From IMG/VR virus record IMGVR_UViG_3300025646_006603: a stretch of DNA of 57,360 bases. The stretch is one strand, 5' to 3'. Shown here one piece after another: positions 10,738-19,717 of this stretch. The notes under the pieces were generated by a model. It saw only the letters and a program-made list of their open reading frames with translations, made no database searches and was not told where the DNA came from. This DNA is from an uncultured virus (IMG/VR IMGVR_UViG_3300025646_006603) (Duplodnaviria; Heunggongvirae; Uroviricota; Caudoviricetes). Position 1 is the stretch's first letter. Each line of letters opens with the position of its first letter. The position numbers were made by a program, and so were the translations under genes.

Positions 10738-11278
10738 TTTCCCTAATAACCCAATTATATCCGGCATTTCCACCCCTCAACAACCAATCAATATATTTAC
10801 CGTCTTCGTGGGGTTTACCTTTATAAGATTCAGTCAATGTCACATTATTTTTATGTGAATCAAAGAATGATTTAAATTCTTTTATTACATCAACACTAAC
10901 ATAATCTGATTTAGATATTTGTTCAAATAATGGGGACCTTTTTCCCGACCTTCTAAGGTAAATAAGACCTCTTTTTATATTCTCTTTTACAACCTTAGGT
11001 ACACGTCTTTTCCCAACACTCTCATCTATTACGATTTTAAGGTCACCAGACCCTTTAAAAATTCTATGATAGGTCATCTTAGGTATGAAGTAAGTTTGTC
11101 CTTCTTGCAAGACCTGGGGTAGTTCATTGTCCATTTGCAACATCCATCCATTACTTGATTCCACAAAAACCTCACGGTCTTCACGGTCACGGTGCCAAAC
11201 CAACTCTTCAGTATCCACATTTTCTGTGAAAACTCTTCTAAACTTATTCGTTTCTATATTTTCTTGAGAGTATACCAT
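10721..11278 (-). CDS. cupin-like phage protein
   Basis: ELVWHRDREDR...W..Q.DNELP...FIPK..YHRI.KG pattern is cupin-like. The likely start at 11278 makes a TAATG overlap with the upstream gene. Confidence 0.6.
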   Translation of the reverse strand: MVYSQENIETNKFRRVFTENVDTEELVWHRDREDREVFVESSNGWMLQMDNELPQVLQEGQTYFIPKMTYHRIFKGSGDLKIVIDESVGKRRVPKVVKENIKRGLIYLRRSGKRSPLFEQISKSDYVSVDVIKEFKSFFDSHKNNVTLTESYKGKPHEDGKYIDWLLRGGNAGYNWVIRETKKRD

Positions 11279-12624
11279 TACCAAAATCTTCCTGGAACAT
11301 TATTACCAAAATCTTTGTGAGCTCTACATGCCCAATATCCTGCCTTGGTTCTGTCTTTCTTTTTATCACATTGATGTCTTGCAGCAAATGATGCTCTTGC
11401 ACCCGCATCGTTCCACTTAGCAGTCATCACAGGTGAACCGTATGATACTTTAACAATCTTACCTGTCTTTGGGTTTCTAACATAAACATACCATTTTTTA
11501 GAACCCCCCTTTTTAGGTTTTCCTAATTCTACCGTTTTTCCTTGATACTCCGCCTCATTAATCATAGGGAAGTCAAGTGGCATTCTTTCACCATTATATA
11601 CAAAGAACTTACCCAAATCACTCTCTAACATTTCTAAATCATCCTCATTAGAATATAATCCTTCATTATATAAGGTTCTTGCCTCAGAAATAATATTGAA
11701 GTACTTATCACTACCAACTCTAAAAACATTTTCCGTTACAGGTATGTTGTTATCTATGTGGTATTGTAAATCCTCAGATATTGTTGGTTTATTTTTAATT
11801 TTTTCCAATTCTTTTTTGATAGATTCTTTAATACTAAAAGATTTTTCTATCCTCTTTGATGGTTTGTCCATATATTCATAATATTTGTTAAAAACATTCA
11901 TGATTGCATAATAATCAGAATCTTTATTTGCCTTTTCAAATTCGTTTGATAACCATTGTTCACCGTTGGTGTACTCATTATTCAACTCATCGTAAACCAA
12001 TAACCTACCGGGACCTTCACCCCATCCACGATAGAGTCCAAACTTTTCATTATTCATTCTCTGAGCCAAATCTTTATCACGAATAATCAAATAAGTCAAA
12101 ACACCCCCAACAATATGTTCATCAAACATCTCATCACTATCTCTGTTTGTTGTACACCATTTTGTATTGGCACCATACTTACAAGAGGCGTTATGTGTGA
12201 GAGGGGCAACCAATAGATAAGTGTCATTATCTAAAAGTTTTTGATATTCGTTTTCACTTACCTTAAATTTTTCTGTAATAATATTCACCAATTGGTCCAA
12301 AGATTCTTTCTTTGTTTTTTTCTTATGTGAAACCCAATTTGGTTTTTGACCTTTTCCTGTTTGAGTGTCTTTTTTCTCAACTCTTCTTTTTTGTGAACAT
12401 GCTGACTTTTTTTCCGCAGCAGACATTTTACCCGCAACACCGGCAGCCCTACACTTAGGGTATGCCCCTTTATCTGCATCAGACCTTCCGCAAGGTGGAT
12501 GTTTTCCATCCTTGTCTTTGCGACAAATATCAACCCAAGGACCCTTAGGTTGTTTGCTTCCTTTTGGTTTCTTTTTTTTACCAAACCAAACGGCTAAATC
12601 TTCACTTAAAATATATTCAGACAT
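11278..12624 (-). CDS. multi-module phage protein (basic Cys-containing N-terminal module, central KWCT module, C-terminal 'SFAARH.C....AGYWAC' module)
   Basis: The modules resemble small stand-alone proteins of large phages and are joined by linkers containing [LI]xE sites. Confidence 0.7.
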   Translation of the reverse strand: MSEYILSEDLAVWFGKKKKPKGSKQPKGPWVDICRKDKDGKHPPCGRSDADKGAYPKCRAAGVAGKMSAAEKKSACSQKRRVEKKDTQTGKGQKPNWVSHKKKTKKESLDQLVNIITEKFKVSENEYQKLLDNDTYLLVAPLTHNASCKYGANTKWCTTNRDSDEMFDEHIVGGVLTYLIIRDKDLAQRMNNEKFGLYRGWGEGPGRLLVYDELNNEYTNGEQWLSNEFEKANKDSDYYAIMNVFNKYYEYMDKPSKRIEKSFSIKESIKKELEKIKNKPTISEDLQYHIDNNIPVTENVFRVGSDKYFNIISEARTLYNEGLYSNEDDLEMLESDLGKFFVYNGERMPLDFPMINEAEYQGKTVELGKPKKGGSKKWYVYVRNPKTGKIVKVSYGSPVMTAKWNDAGARASFAARHQCDKKKDRTKAGYWACRAHKDFGNNVPGRFW

Positions 12625-12679
12625 ACTTGATTTTTCGCCTTTTTGTTATATATATTATAAATATCAAAGAAAACCGATT

Positions 12680-12961
12680 ATGGAAGAAACTCAAGAGCAA
12701 AATCAACAACCACAACCAATGGGTACTTTGTTTGAAATCATCAACTATTACTCAAACGAAGATTTAAATAAATTTGTTGACCAAATGACACAAGAACAAG
12801 CATTATATTGTGTTATCCACGCAACACGTTCAGGACACAGAAGAGGGGTTTATGGTATGGAAGAATCGGAAGTAATCTCCAAAGCCATTAGGGTTTTAAC
12901 AACCCCACCACCGTTGAGTGAAAATGATTTTCCTGAACCTGAAATACATAAAGCTGAATAA
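12680..12961 (+). CDS. hypothetical protein (93 aa, MEETQEQ...)
   Basis: The ATG at 12680 avoids overlap with the opposite-strand gene. A terminator follows. Confidence 0.7.
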   Translation: MEETQEQNQQPQPMGTLFEIINYYSNEDLNKFVDQMTQEQALYCVIHATRSGHRRGVYGMEESEVISKAIRVLTTPPPLSENDFPEPEIHKAE

Positions 12962-12970
12962 TTTTTAAAT

Positions 12971-12997
12971 GGAGGACTTATTAGTCCTCTTTTTTTT
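12971..12997 (+). terminator. intrinsic terminator
   Basis: GAGGACT-TATT-AGTCCTC hairpin followed by T8. Confidence 0.8.
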
Positions 12998-13044
12998 GCC
13001 CAATAAAAACTAAATAAACATAAATAAAAACAAAAAAAACAAAA

Positions 13045-13875
13045 ATGAAAAACACAGAAACGTACAATGAATTAGTTCAGAAGATGAGACAATTCTTCTT
13101 AAACAAAAACTTTAAAGAAGTTCCAACACAAAGTAGATTATCAATTTTGGCCGCATGTGAGAACCCACACTCAATTGCAACCTTTAACTACAACGGTGAA
13201 ATTTGGCCATTACCACAAACAGGTCAAATGTGGTTAGAGTATGAATTACTCAAAAATCCACAATGGGATGGTGTATTTTGTATATCAACTTCTTACAGAC
13301 AAGAAAAAAACCCAATACCGGGTAGACATGAATTAATTTTCCCGATGTTTGAATTTGAATCTAAAGGTGGAATTACAGAAATGTTAAAACTTGAATCTGA
13401 ACTTTTAGAGTGGTTAGGGTTTGAGGAACCTGTTGAAGTAACTTATGACGATGTATGTGAAGAGTATGGTGGAGTTGAAATATTAGAAAATGAACACGAA
13501 CAAAGAATGTGGGAAGAAAAAGGACCTGTTATTTCATTACAACATTTTCCTCTAAGAACTAATCCATTTTGGAACATGAGAAATAAAAGTGGTGAAATCT
13601 TCAATAAAGTAGACGTTATCCTTTATGGACAAGAAACCATAGGTTCTGCTGAACGTTCTTGTGATGTAGAAGAAATGAGACATATGTTCTACACTATTGA
13701 AGATGGTGGATATTCCGCCAAGTTGTTTGAACTATTTGGTAAAGAAAGAGTAGAAAAAGAATTAGAAGAGTTTTTATCTTTTAGATTTTTCCCTCGTTTT
13801 GGTGGTGGAATTGGTATGACTCGTTTAGCGAGAGCATATGAATTAATGAAAGAAGAACAATTAGCTGTAGTTTAA
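13045..13875 (+). CDS. class IIb aminoacyl-tRNA synthetase paralog (Asn/AspRS catalytic domain only; asparagine synthetase A-like)
   Basis: Motif 2-like YRQEKNPIPGRH..F.MFEFE, ETIGSAER and motif 3 GGGIGMTRL are present. At 276 aa it lacks the N-terminal OB anticodon-binding domain. Confidence 0.8.
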   Translation: MKNTETYNELVQKMRQFFLNKNFKEVPTQSRLSILAACENPHSIATFNYNGEIWPLPQTGQMWLEYELLKNPQWDGVFCISTSYRQEKNPIPGRHELIFPMFEFESKGGITEMLKLESELLEWLGFEEPVEVTYDDVCEEYGGVEILENEHEQRMWEEKGPVISLQHFPLRTNPFWNMRNKSGEIFNKVDVILYGQETIGSAERSCDVEEMRHMFYTIEDGGYSAKLFELFGKERVEKELEEFLSFRFFPRFGGGIGMTRLARAYELMKEEQLAVV

Positions 13876-13896
13876 AAAAATAAAACATACCAAAAT

Positions 13897-13923
13897 AAAA
13901 AAGGGGACCGATTGGTCCCCTTT
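13897..13923. terminator. bidirectional terminator after the major capsid gene
   Basis: AAAAAA-GGGGACC-GATT-GGTCCCC-TTT between convergent genes. Confidence 0.85.
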
Positions 13924-13946
13924 CTATTTATTCAGTTTGAGTTAAA

Positions 13947-15806
13947 TTATCTCAATTCTCTCAAGTCGAATGTTCTAACACCATCAACGATGATTCTACC
14001 ATAGAAACGGTTGTTAACCATTTTCTTAGCGTATCTTGTCATGATACCCTTGATAGGTGTAAAGTTGAATGGGTTGTACATAGTTGGAGTCAACTGAAGA
14101 GGTACATATGGTGCGTAAACGTAACCTGTATCCAACAAAGAGTTACCTTTGTGTCCTAACAATACTGTGTTAGGTGGGAAGTATGGGTCACGGTAAACTT
14201 GATATCTACCAGCTAATGTACCAACTCTCTCAATACCCATGTTGTACTGGTCCTGGTCAGGAGATGCATTTGAAACGTGGAAGTACTCCAAGTCATCAAA
14301 GATAGCTGAAATTTCAGAAGATACAACAATCCAGTTAGCTCCACCTCTCAATGTAGATTTGTGAATCTGAGCTGAGATTTGGTTGATAGCTGTAATCAAC
14401 GTTTGGTTCCAGTCCTTTTGAGTGTACTGAGTTAATGGATTTGCAGAAGTACCTCTCTTCCATCCGTTGTAATCCCAACGTAATGTCCAAGCCGCACCTT
14501 TTCTCAAATCTCTTAAGATTTCACGGTCAATTTCTGCCGCAACTTGCTCAGACAATAAAGCTGTTAATTCAGCTTCAGCGTCGATGTTGTGGAAAGCAGA
14601 AACGTCTTGTGCTAATTCAGGTGACCATTGAGCTCTCAACTTTCTTTCTGTAACAGAAACAGTTACTGACTCTAAGTCAAATGAAACTTCACCAATTTGG
14701 TCTTCAAATTCCAAGTTAGCATATACTCTGTATGTTGCGTTGAATGAATTTAACGCAGCTGTAGTGTGAGCGTCACTTGCAGGTAATGTGTAACCTGAGT
14801 AACCATCGATAGAAGCTGCTCCGATAGAAGCTGGAACTTGTGTATCGATTTCTAAGTAAATTACACCGTTAGCATCACAGATGTTATCGTATGCACCACC
14901 GTTACCTTTGTAAGAACCACTGTAGAATGTAGTTGATTGTTGAGTTCCGTATTGTACAATACCTTTACCGTATTTCTGAGTAACAACTCTGAAGATAAGG
15001 TCACCAGTACCTAAACCTGAGAATGTAGTGTTAGCACTTGAATTAACGTTAATAGTTAAATCAGATAAGAATGATTCGTTATCCATTTCTTGACCGTCAG
15101 GACCGATAAGTTTACCAGCACCTGCGTTTGAGAAACCTGACAATGCAATGATAACTTTTCTGTGGATAGCTCCACCTGTAGCAGCACCACCTGTAGTACC
15201 ACCGTTAGTTGTAGTGTAAAGACCAGCATTCAACTCACCTGTATTTGAGTTCCAAAGTTGAGTTACAGTTGCTACTGTTACAGCACTGAACTTACCCTTT
15301 GAGTAATCAAATAATCCAGGAGGGTCTAATGAAGGTTCGTTACCTTCGTAGAAACGGTCATACAAGTTCTTACCTGTTGAGTAACCTGAGTCTGGAGTTT
15401 GTGCTCCACCTGCGTTAGGTGCTCCAAAAGGTGCGTAGTGGTTACCACCAGCAGCACTTTCGTTTTGGTATGACTGAATTTTAGGTACAAAGTAGAACAA
15501 TTTACCGATAGGTAAGTTCATAGCTTGTACTGATACGATGTCGTTAGCCAACAATTTAGAGAATACTCTTCTCACGATTGGAAAAACTACAGTTTCGAAT
15601 GAACCTGAGTTATCTGATGACGACGCTTCGTTGATTAAATGTGACGCTTGGTTTTCGTATAACTGCGCCATGTTTTCTTTAACGTGACCTTTAAGACCCT
15701 CTAAGAATCCTAATTTGTCCCATTTGTTGATTGTGTCTTCTTTGATAACTTTCAAGTGCTTAAGACCGATGTTACCAACAAGACCTGATTCTAATAATGC
15801 TCCCAT
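13947..15806 (-). CDS. gp23: major capsid protein (T4 gp23-like)
   Basis: PIVRRVF...DIVSVQAMNLP.G, RKLRAQWSPELAQD..A.H.IDAEAELT..LS..VAAEIDREI, YAPYVPL and P..GIMTRY motifs. Confidence 0.97.
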   Translation of the reverse strand: MGALLESGLVGNIGLKHLKVIKEDTINKWDKLGFLEGLKGHVKENMAQLYENQASHLINEASSSDNSGSFETVVFPIVRRVFSKLLANDIVSVQAMNLPIGKLFYFVPKIQSYQNESAAGGNHYAPFGAPNAGGAQTPDSGYSTGKNLYDRFYEGNEPSLDPPGLFDYSKGKFSAVTVATVTQLWNSNTGELNAGLYTTTNGGTTGGAATGGAIHRKVIIALSGFSNAGAGKLIGPDGQEMDNESFLSDLTINVNSSANTTFSGLGTGDLIFRVVTQKYGKGIVQYGTQQSTTFYSGSYKGNGGAYDNICDANGVIYLEIDTQVPASIGAASIDGYSGYTLPASDAHTTAALNSFNATYRVYANLEFEDQIGEVSFDLESVTVSVTERKLRAQWSPELAQDVSAFHNIDAEAELTALLSEQVAAEIDREILRDLRKGAAWTLRWDYNGWKRGTSANPLTQYTQKDWNQTLITAINQISAQIHKSTLRGGANWIVVSSEISAIFDDLEYFHVSNASPDQDQYNMGIERVGTLAGRYQVYRDPYFPPNTVLLGHKGNSLLDTGYVYAPYVPLQLTPTMYNPFNFTPIKGIMTRYAKKMVNNRFYGRIIVDGVRTFDLRELR

Positions 15807-15832
15807 TTTAGTAATATTTAAATTTTAATTTT

Positions 15833-17185
15833 TTATTTTGTGATTTTATTCATCAAATCCTTCATTCTTAAGAATTGAGGATTCTCATAAGTTTTGCTCT
15901 CAATAAGATTTGTTGCAGAACCTTTAGAAGGTGACTTCTGTACTTTAGATTCAACTGATTCTTTAACTACAGTTTCTTTACCTTCATAATCTTCTTTCAA
16001 TGTCTTATATAAAGCTTTTGATTCCTTCAATGTTTCAACAGAGTCAAAACGTCTTAGGATGTTTATTTTTTCTTGCTTTGTAGTTGAGTGTTCTGTGAAC
16101 AAACGAGTAGCGTAAGCCAAGTTTGAATTAAATACAGCAACTTCATTTAACTTTTCTCTAAAGATGTTCAATGCTTTTCTGTACTCTTCGTTTTTAGCTC
16201 TTAAAGAAGTAACTTCAGTTTTTAACTCACTTTCGTTAACAGGTTTTACTTTCATTTTTGGTAATGACTTCTTAGATGCGTCATTTCTTGAACCGTTTCC
16301 TAAAGTGTGTGCAGCTTCAGTAGTTTCTGCGTCATTCATGTAACCCATACTTTTATCTCCTGAGTATTTTCTATTTCCCATAGCTTTTTCCATTCCTTCA
16401 CTTTCTTTTCTTCTGTCAGCAAATGACTGTTTCATTTTTTTGCCATGGTCTTTCATACCCAAAGAATCGTCAAGGTCTGCATTATAACCTTCTTCTACTT
16501 CTTCTTCGTTCCATCCTTCATCAACCATTTCGGTATCTTCTTCATCATCCTCTTCACCAATCTCAATCTCGTAAACTACATCATCATCACCTTCTTCAAC
16601 ATCCATCATTTCAGATGTCATATCAAGTTCTAATTCTTCGTCTTCTGATTCAGTTTGGATAATGTACTCAACATTTTCTTCTTCATCATTAAGGTGGATT
16701 TCGTCACCGTCTTTTTTAACGATAATTCCGTCTTCATCACCCATTGCTTTGAAAACCTTTAAGATTTCATCGTCAGATGCTCCTGTTAAGTCAAGAGGAA
16801 GTAAAACTTCTTCTTCATCATCAACTTCCAACTCTCCACCAGGTAAGTCCATTCCTAACATGTCACCCATGTCAAGACCACCTAATTCATCGTCTTCCAT
16901 TTCAGAATCTTCATCAGAATCCATGTCACCCATTTCAGGTTCCATTTCAACTTCTTCTTCGTCTTCCATGTCAACGTCAACATCTTGTTCTGTTACGTCA
17001 CCCATTTCGACTTCCGTGTCAACCATTTCATCTTCTTCAGATAATGATTCTTTTACTAATTCACTGATTTCTTCCTTCATAGTAGAAGCAAGTATTCCTT
17101 TTGCATTCTCAGTTACGGCTTCTTCCAAATTTCTCATTTGTAATAATGCCTCTTCAACTAATGATTTTTTAGTATTTTCTGCCAT
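15833..17185 (-). CDS. prohead core/scaffolding protein (gp22-like)
   Basis: Very acidic with a C-terminal coiled coil. Lies between protease and capsid genes as in T4 and has many [LIV]xE sites. Confidence 0.75.
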   Translation of the reverse strand: MAENTKKSLVEEALLQMRNLEEAVTENAKGILASTMKEEISELVKESLSEEDEMVDTEVEMGDVTEQDVDVDMEDEEEVEMEPEMGDMDSDEDSEMEDDELGGLDMGDMLGMDLPGGELEVDDEEEVLLPLDLTGASDDEILKVFKAMGDEDGIIVKKDGDEIHLNDEEENVEYIIQTESEDEELELDMTSEMMDVEEGDDDVVYEIEIGEEDDEEDTEMVDEGWNEEEVEEGYNADLDDSLGMKDHGKKMKQSFADRRKESEGMEKAMGNRKYSGDKSMGYMNDAETTEAAHTLGNGSRNDASKKSLPKMKVKPVNESELKTEVTSLRAKNEEYRKALNIFREKLNEVAVFNSNLAYATRLFTEHSTTKQEKINILRRFDSVETLKESKALYKTLKEDYEGKETVVKESVESKVQKSPSKGSATNLIESKTYENPQFLRMKDLMNKITK

Positions 17186-17264
17186 TTTTTTTATATACGC
17201 AAGCGTTTATTTTACTATATAAATATTACGACATTTAAAAAAAGTTAATTTTAACATAAAGAGC

Positions 17265-17293
17265 AAAAAAAAATCGGGTATTAACCCGATTTT
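17265..17293 (-). terminator. intrinsic terminator
   Basis: A-tract followed by an AATCGGGT-ATTA-ACCCGATT hairpin. Confidence 0.75.
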
Positions 17294-17319
17294 AATTTTT
17301 ATCTGATTGTTGTCAGATA

Positions 17320-17529
17320 TTATTCGTATACTTCATCAATCTTACTTTCAGAAACTGCCGTGATTCTCCAATCGTAGGTAAATCCTTTGAATTTATTCGT
17401 AACTTTTGCCTCAACATCTGTTACGTTATAACCCTTAACAAGTTTCTCTTCTCTGATTTTTTTGATTTTACCACTGTTCTCGTCAGGTAAATCATACTGA
17501 ATTTTTGCTACAAAATATTTCTCATCCAT
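17320..17529 (-). CDS. DUF4494-like small protein
   Basis: YFVAKIQY...ENSGKIKKIREEKLV.....TDVEAKV resembles the Bacteroidota DUF4494 pattern (F..K..Y....E.G..KK..E..LV.A...TEAEA). Confidence 0.6.
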   Translation of the reverse strand: MDEKYFVAKIQYDLPDENSGKIKKIREEKLVKGYNVTDVEAKVTNKFKGFTYDWRITAVSESKIDEVYE

Positions 17530-17541
17530 AATTTAAGTTTT

Positions 17542-18270
17542 TTAATACCCTAAATAATCGGATAATTTTTTCATTAAGTCAAGCGATTTATTTAAACCTT
17601 GTCCACCATCTATTCTTGGTTCCTGTGCTCTTAACTTAGTTTCCTCCTCAAGATTCTCTTCGTATTTGTTTTTATCTTCTTTATTTAAGAACAAATAAGC
17701 ACCTGGTGTAGATGGTGATGATACTAAGTCAAAACAAATTAATTCAAAATCATCTTGTACTTCATTACGCTCACCTTTTTTAACTAAAGAACCAACACCA
17801 CGAGATGATACACCCATTGTAACCCCTTGTCTCATTAAGTTTGCAGCCATGTCACCAGGACAAGAAACAACACCTCTTTCATGATAACCAGGAGAAGTTA
17901 ATAATTTAATTTTACCCATTAAGGTATTACCTTCCCACCACATATCAGTGATAAGGTGAGATACACGGTCTAAATCAATAAGTGAAGATTCAGGGTGATT
18001 TAATTCTGATATAGATAAACCTTTATCGATTGCCTTTCTATAATTTTCAGCTTCTCTACGTAATATTTTTTCAGGATAGATACGACCATTTCTGTTTGGC
18101 GTATCAAACTTTTGTAATACAGCATAAAAAACAAATGGCTTAGAATGGTCTAATTGACCATATGATTCTTTAATAACTTCTGCGTTTCTTGAATCATTTG
18201 GTGAAATAAAACCAGCATCCCATTCTACTAATATACCTTTTCCTGAATCGTTTGGACCTAATATTTTCAT
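17542..18270 (-). CDS. gp21: prohead protease (T4 gp21-like)
   Basis: NRNGRIYP, ELNHP, VSH.I, GVSSRGVGSL and DLVSSPSTPGAY catalytic motifs. Confidence 0.95.
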   Translation of the reverse strand: MKILGPNDSGKGILVEWDAGFISPNDSRNAEVIKESYGQLDHSKPFVFYAVLQKFDTPNRNGRIYPEKILRREAENYRKAIDKGLSISELNHPESSLIDLDRVSHLITDMWWEGNTLMGKIKLLTSPGYHERGVVSCPGDMAANLMRQGVTMGVSSRGVGSLVKKGERNEVQDDFELICFDLVSSPSTPGAYLFLNKEDKNKYEENLEEETKLRAQEPRIDGGQGLNKSLDLMKKLSDYLGY

Positions 18271-18301
18271 TGTATTTTATTTTATAAATATGTTGTATTA
18301 C

Positions 18302-18688
18302 TTAATATAGATGTAAAACCACATCATACTCAGTTAAATTATTAGGTAATACTTTCTTTACCATATTATCTATATTCTCAACAATGAATATTTTTATCAA
18401 CATACCTAATGGTAAATCATCAGAAGTATATCCATCAATTATTGAATATATTTTGGCAAATTCACTAACATCAACATTATCATGTAATATCTTATTGACT
18501 TTAGCTTCTATAGATATATCATCAATATCCCCAACTAATTCTATATCTTTTAAATAAACTTTAGTATTACCATGTTCATATACCATTTTACTTGGCATAT
18601 AATTGTTTAAAACCCCTAACTGGTCTTTTTCTTCAGTTAGGGATTTTTTTATGTTTTTTAATTGTTTTTCTGAAATTACAATTTTCAC
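18302..18688 (-). CDS. hypothetical protein with N-terminal leader (MKIVISEKQL...LTE)
   Basis: GTG start, late motif upstream. Confidence 0.7.
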   Translation of the reverse strand: MKIVISEKQLKNIKKSLTEEKDQLGVLNNYMPSKMVYEHGNTKVYLKDIELVGDIDDISIEAKVNKILHDNVDVSEFAKIYSIIDGYTSDDLPLGMLIKIFIVENIDNMVKKVLPNNLTEYDVVLHLY

Positions 18689-18709
18689 AACAAAGTTTTA
18701 TAATAAATA

Positions 18710-19150
18710 TCAAACTTTGGTTGTTTTTGTTTTTGATAATGTAAAATAGGGTGAAGTGTAAAGTTCATCAGTATAAACAGAACTTACTATTTTTTTTATT
18801 TTATCTCTTAACATAATTGATTTAAAATCTTCATTTTTATTTTTTAAAAATAATGTCATTTCTAAATTTAAAAACGAACGTTTATCTAATTGTATTCCAC
18901 TTGTCCTTAAATCTAAATCTACGATTGAATTATTTTCAAATGTAAACATGTCTACACTCTCTAATAAATTATGTTGTATTTGTCTTTTTAAATTACCCGT
19001 TACTCGGTCCCAATTTGATACTTCTTTTGTGGGTTCAACCCATGATTGTATTACAATATAAATTGATTTTAGTTCTTTAGAATCTACTGTTCCATAAAAA
19101 CATTTAGCATTTTCAAAAATATTTAATTTTGAAGTTTTTCCTTTTTTCAT
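18710..19150 (-). CDS. hypothetical protein
   Basis: 146-aa intact ORF within the head cluster. Confidence 0.75.
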   Translation of the reverse strand: MKKGKTSKLNIFENAKCFYGTVDSKELKSIYIVIQSWVEPTKEVSNWDRVTGNLKRQIQHNLLESVDMFTFENNSIVDLDLRTSGIQLDKRSFLNLEMTLFLKNKNEDFKSIMLRDKIKKIVSSVYTDELYTSPYFTLSKTKTTKV

Positions 19151-19258
19151 TCATCTCGCTATTTCTTTTGTTTATTATATGTTGAAAATATAAAACATTT
19201 TTTGTTCTAAGTCAAAACTTGACAAAAGAGAATATATTTATTAAGATAATATTCATCT

Positions 19259-19453
19259 ATGATAGTAATTACAGTCGGTAAAAACGAAAATATTGAAAGG
19301 GCTTTAAAAAGGTATAAGTATAAAGTCATTAAGTCAAAACAAATGGAACAATTACGAGACCGACAGGAGTTTAAAAAGAAATGTGTTAAGAAAAGAGAGA
19401 AACTAAAAAAAGCCAAATACGTTCAAAAATTAAAAGATAACGAAAGAGATTAA
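19259..19453 (+). CDS. rpsU: ribosomal protein bS21
   Basis: MIVITVGKNENIERALKRYKYK.....LRDRQEF.K..VKKR....KA.Y matches the bS21 pattern, Bacteroidota-like. 64 aa and basic. Confidence 0.92.
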   Translation: MIVITVGKNENIERALKRYKYKVIKSKQMEQLRDRQEFKKKCVKKREKLKKAKYVQKLKDNERD

Positions 19454-19455
19454 AC

Positions 19456-19482
19456 AAAAAAGTCCCCATTTGGGGACTTTTT
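19456..19482. terminator. bidirectional terminator
   Basis: AAAAAAGTCCCCA-TT-TGGGGACTTTTT. Confidence 0.85.
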
Positions 19483-19504
19483 AATTTTTAATAGTTTTTA
19501 AATA

Positions 19505-19717
19505 TTATTTTTGGAATTTTGAAGTTAACCAATTCTTTAAGATATCCCAGTTACGAGTTGCGAAAACTCCAAATGAAAAACCTGCCCAAATCTTATAACC
19601 CATAATCCAAAGTACTAAACCTACCAATAGACCTAATACTCCTTCTACACCATTTGCTTCAATCCAATTTTTGCATATAGCATAGATTTTTTTAATAAAT
19701 TCTAAAACTTTTTTCAT
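19505..19717 (-). CDS. small membrane protein
   Basis: Hydrophobic stretch GVLGLLVGLVLWIMGYKIWAGFSFGVFA. Confidence 0.65.
   Translation of the reverse strand: MKKVLEFIKKIYAICKNWIEANGVEGVLGLLVGLVLWIMGYKIWAGFSFGVFATRNWDILKNWLTSKFQK

Noticed and set aside
12365..12679. N-terminal extension of the 198-aa ORF 12365..12961
   Set aside because: It overlaps the opposite-strand gene 11278..12624. The ATG at 12680 gives a non-overlapping gene with a normal leader.
16423..17222. Plus-strand Ser-rich and His/Leu-rich ORFs (16423, 16445, 16662, 16777)
   Set aside because: Antisense shadows of the low-complexity acidic scaffold gene.
19207..19416. Minus-strand 69-aa ORF
   Set aside because: Antisense to the clearly recognisable bS21.
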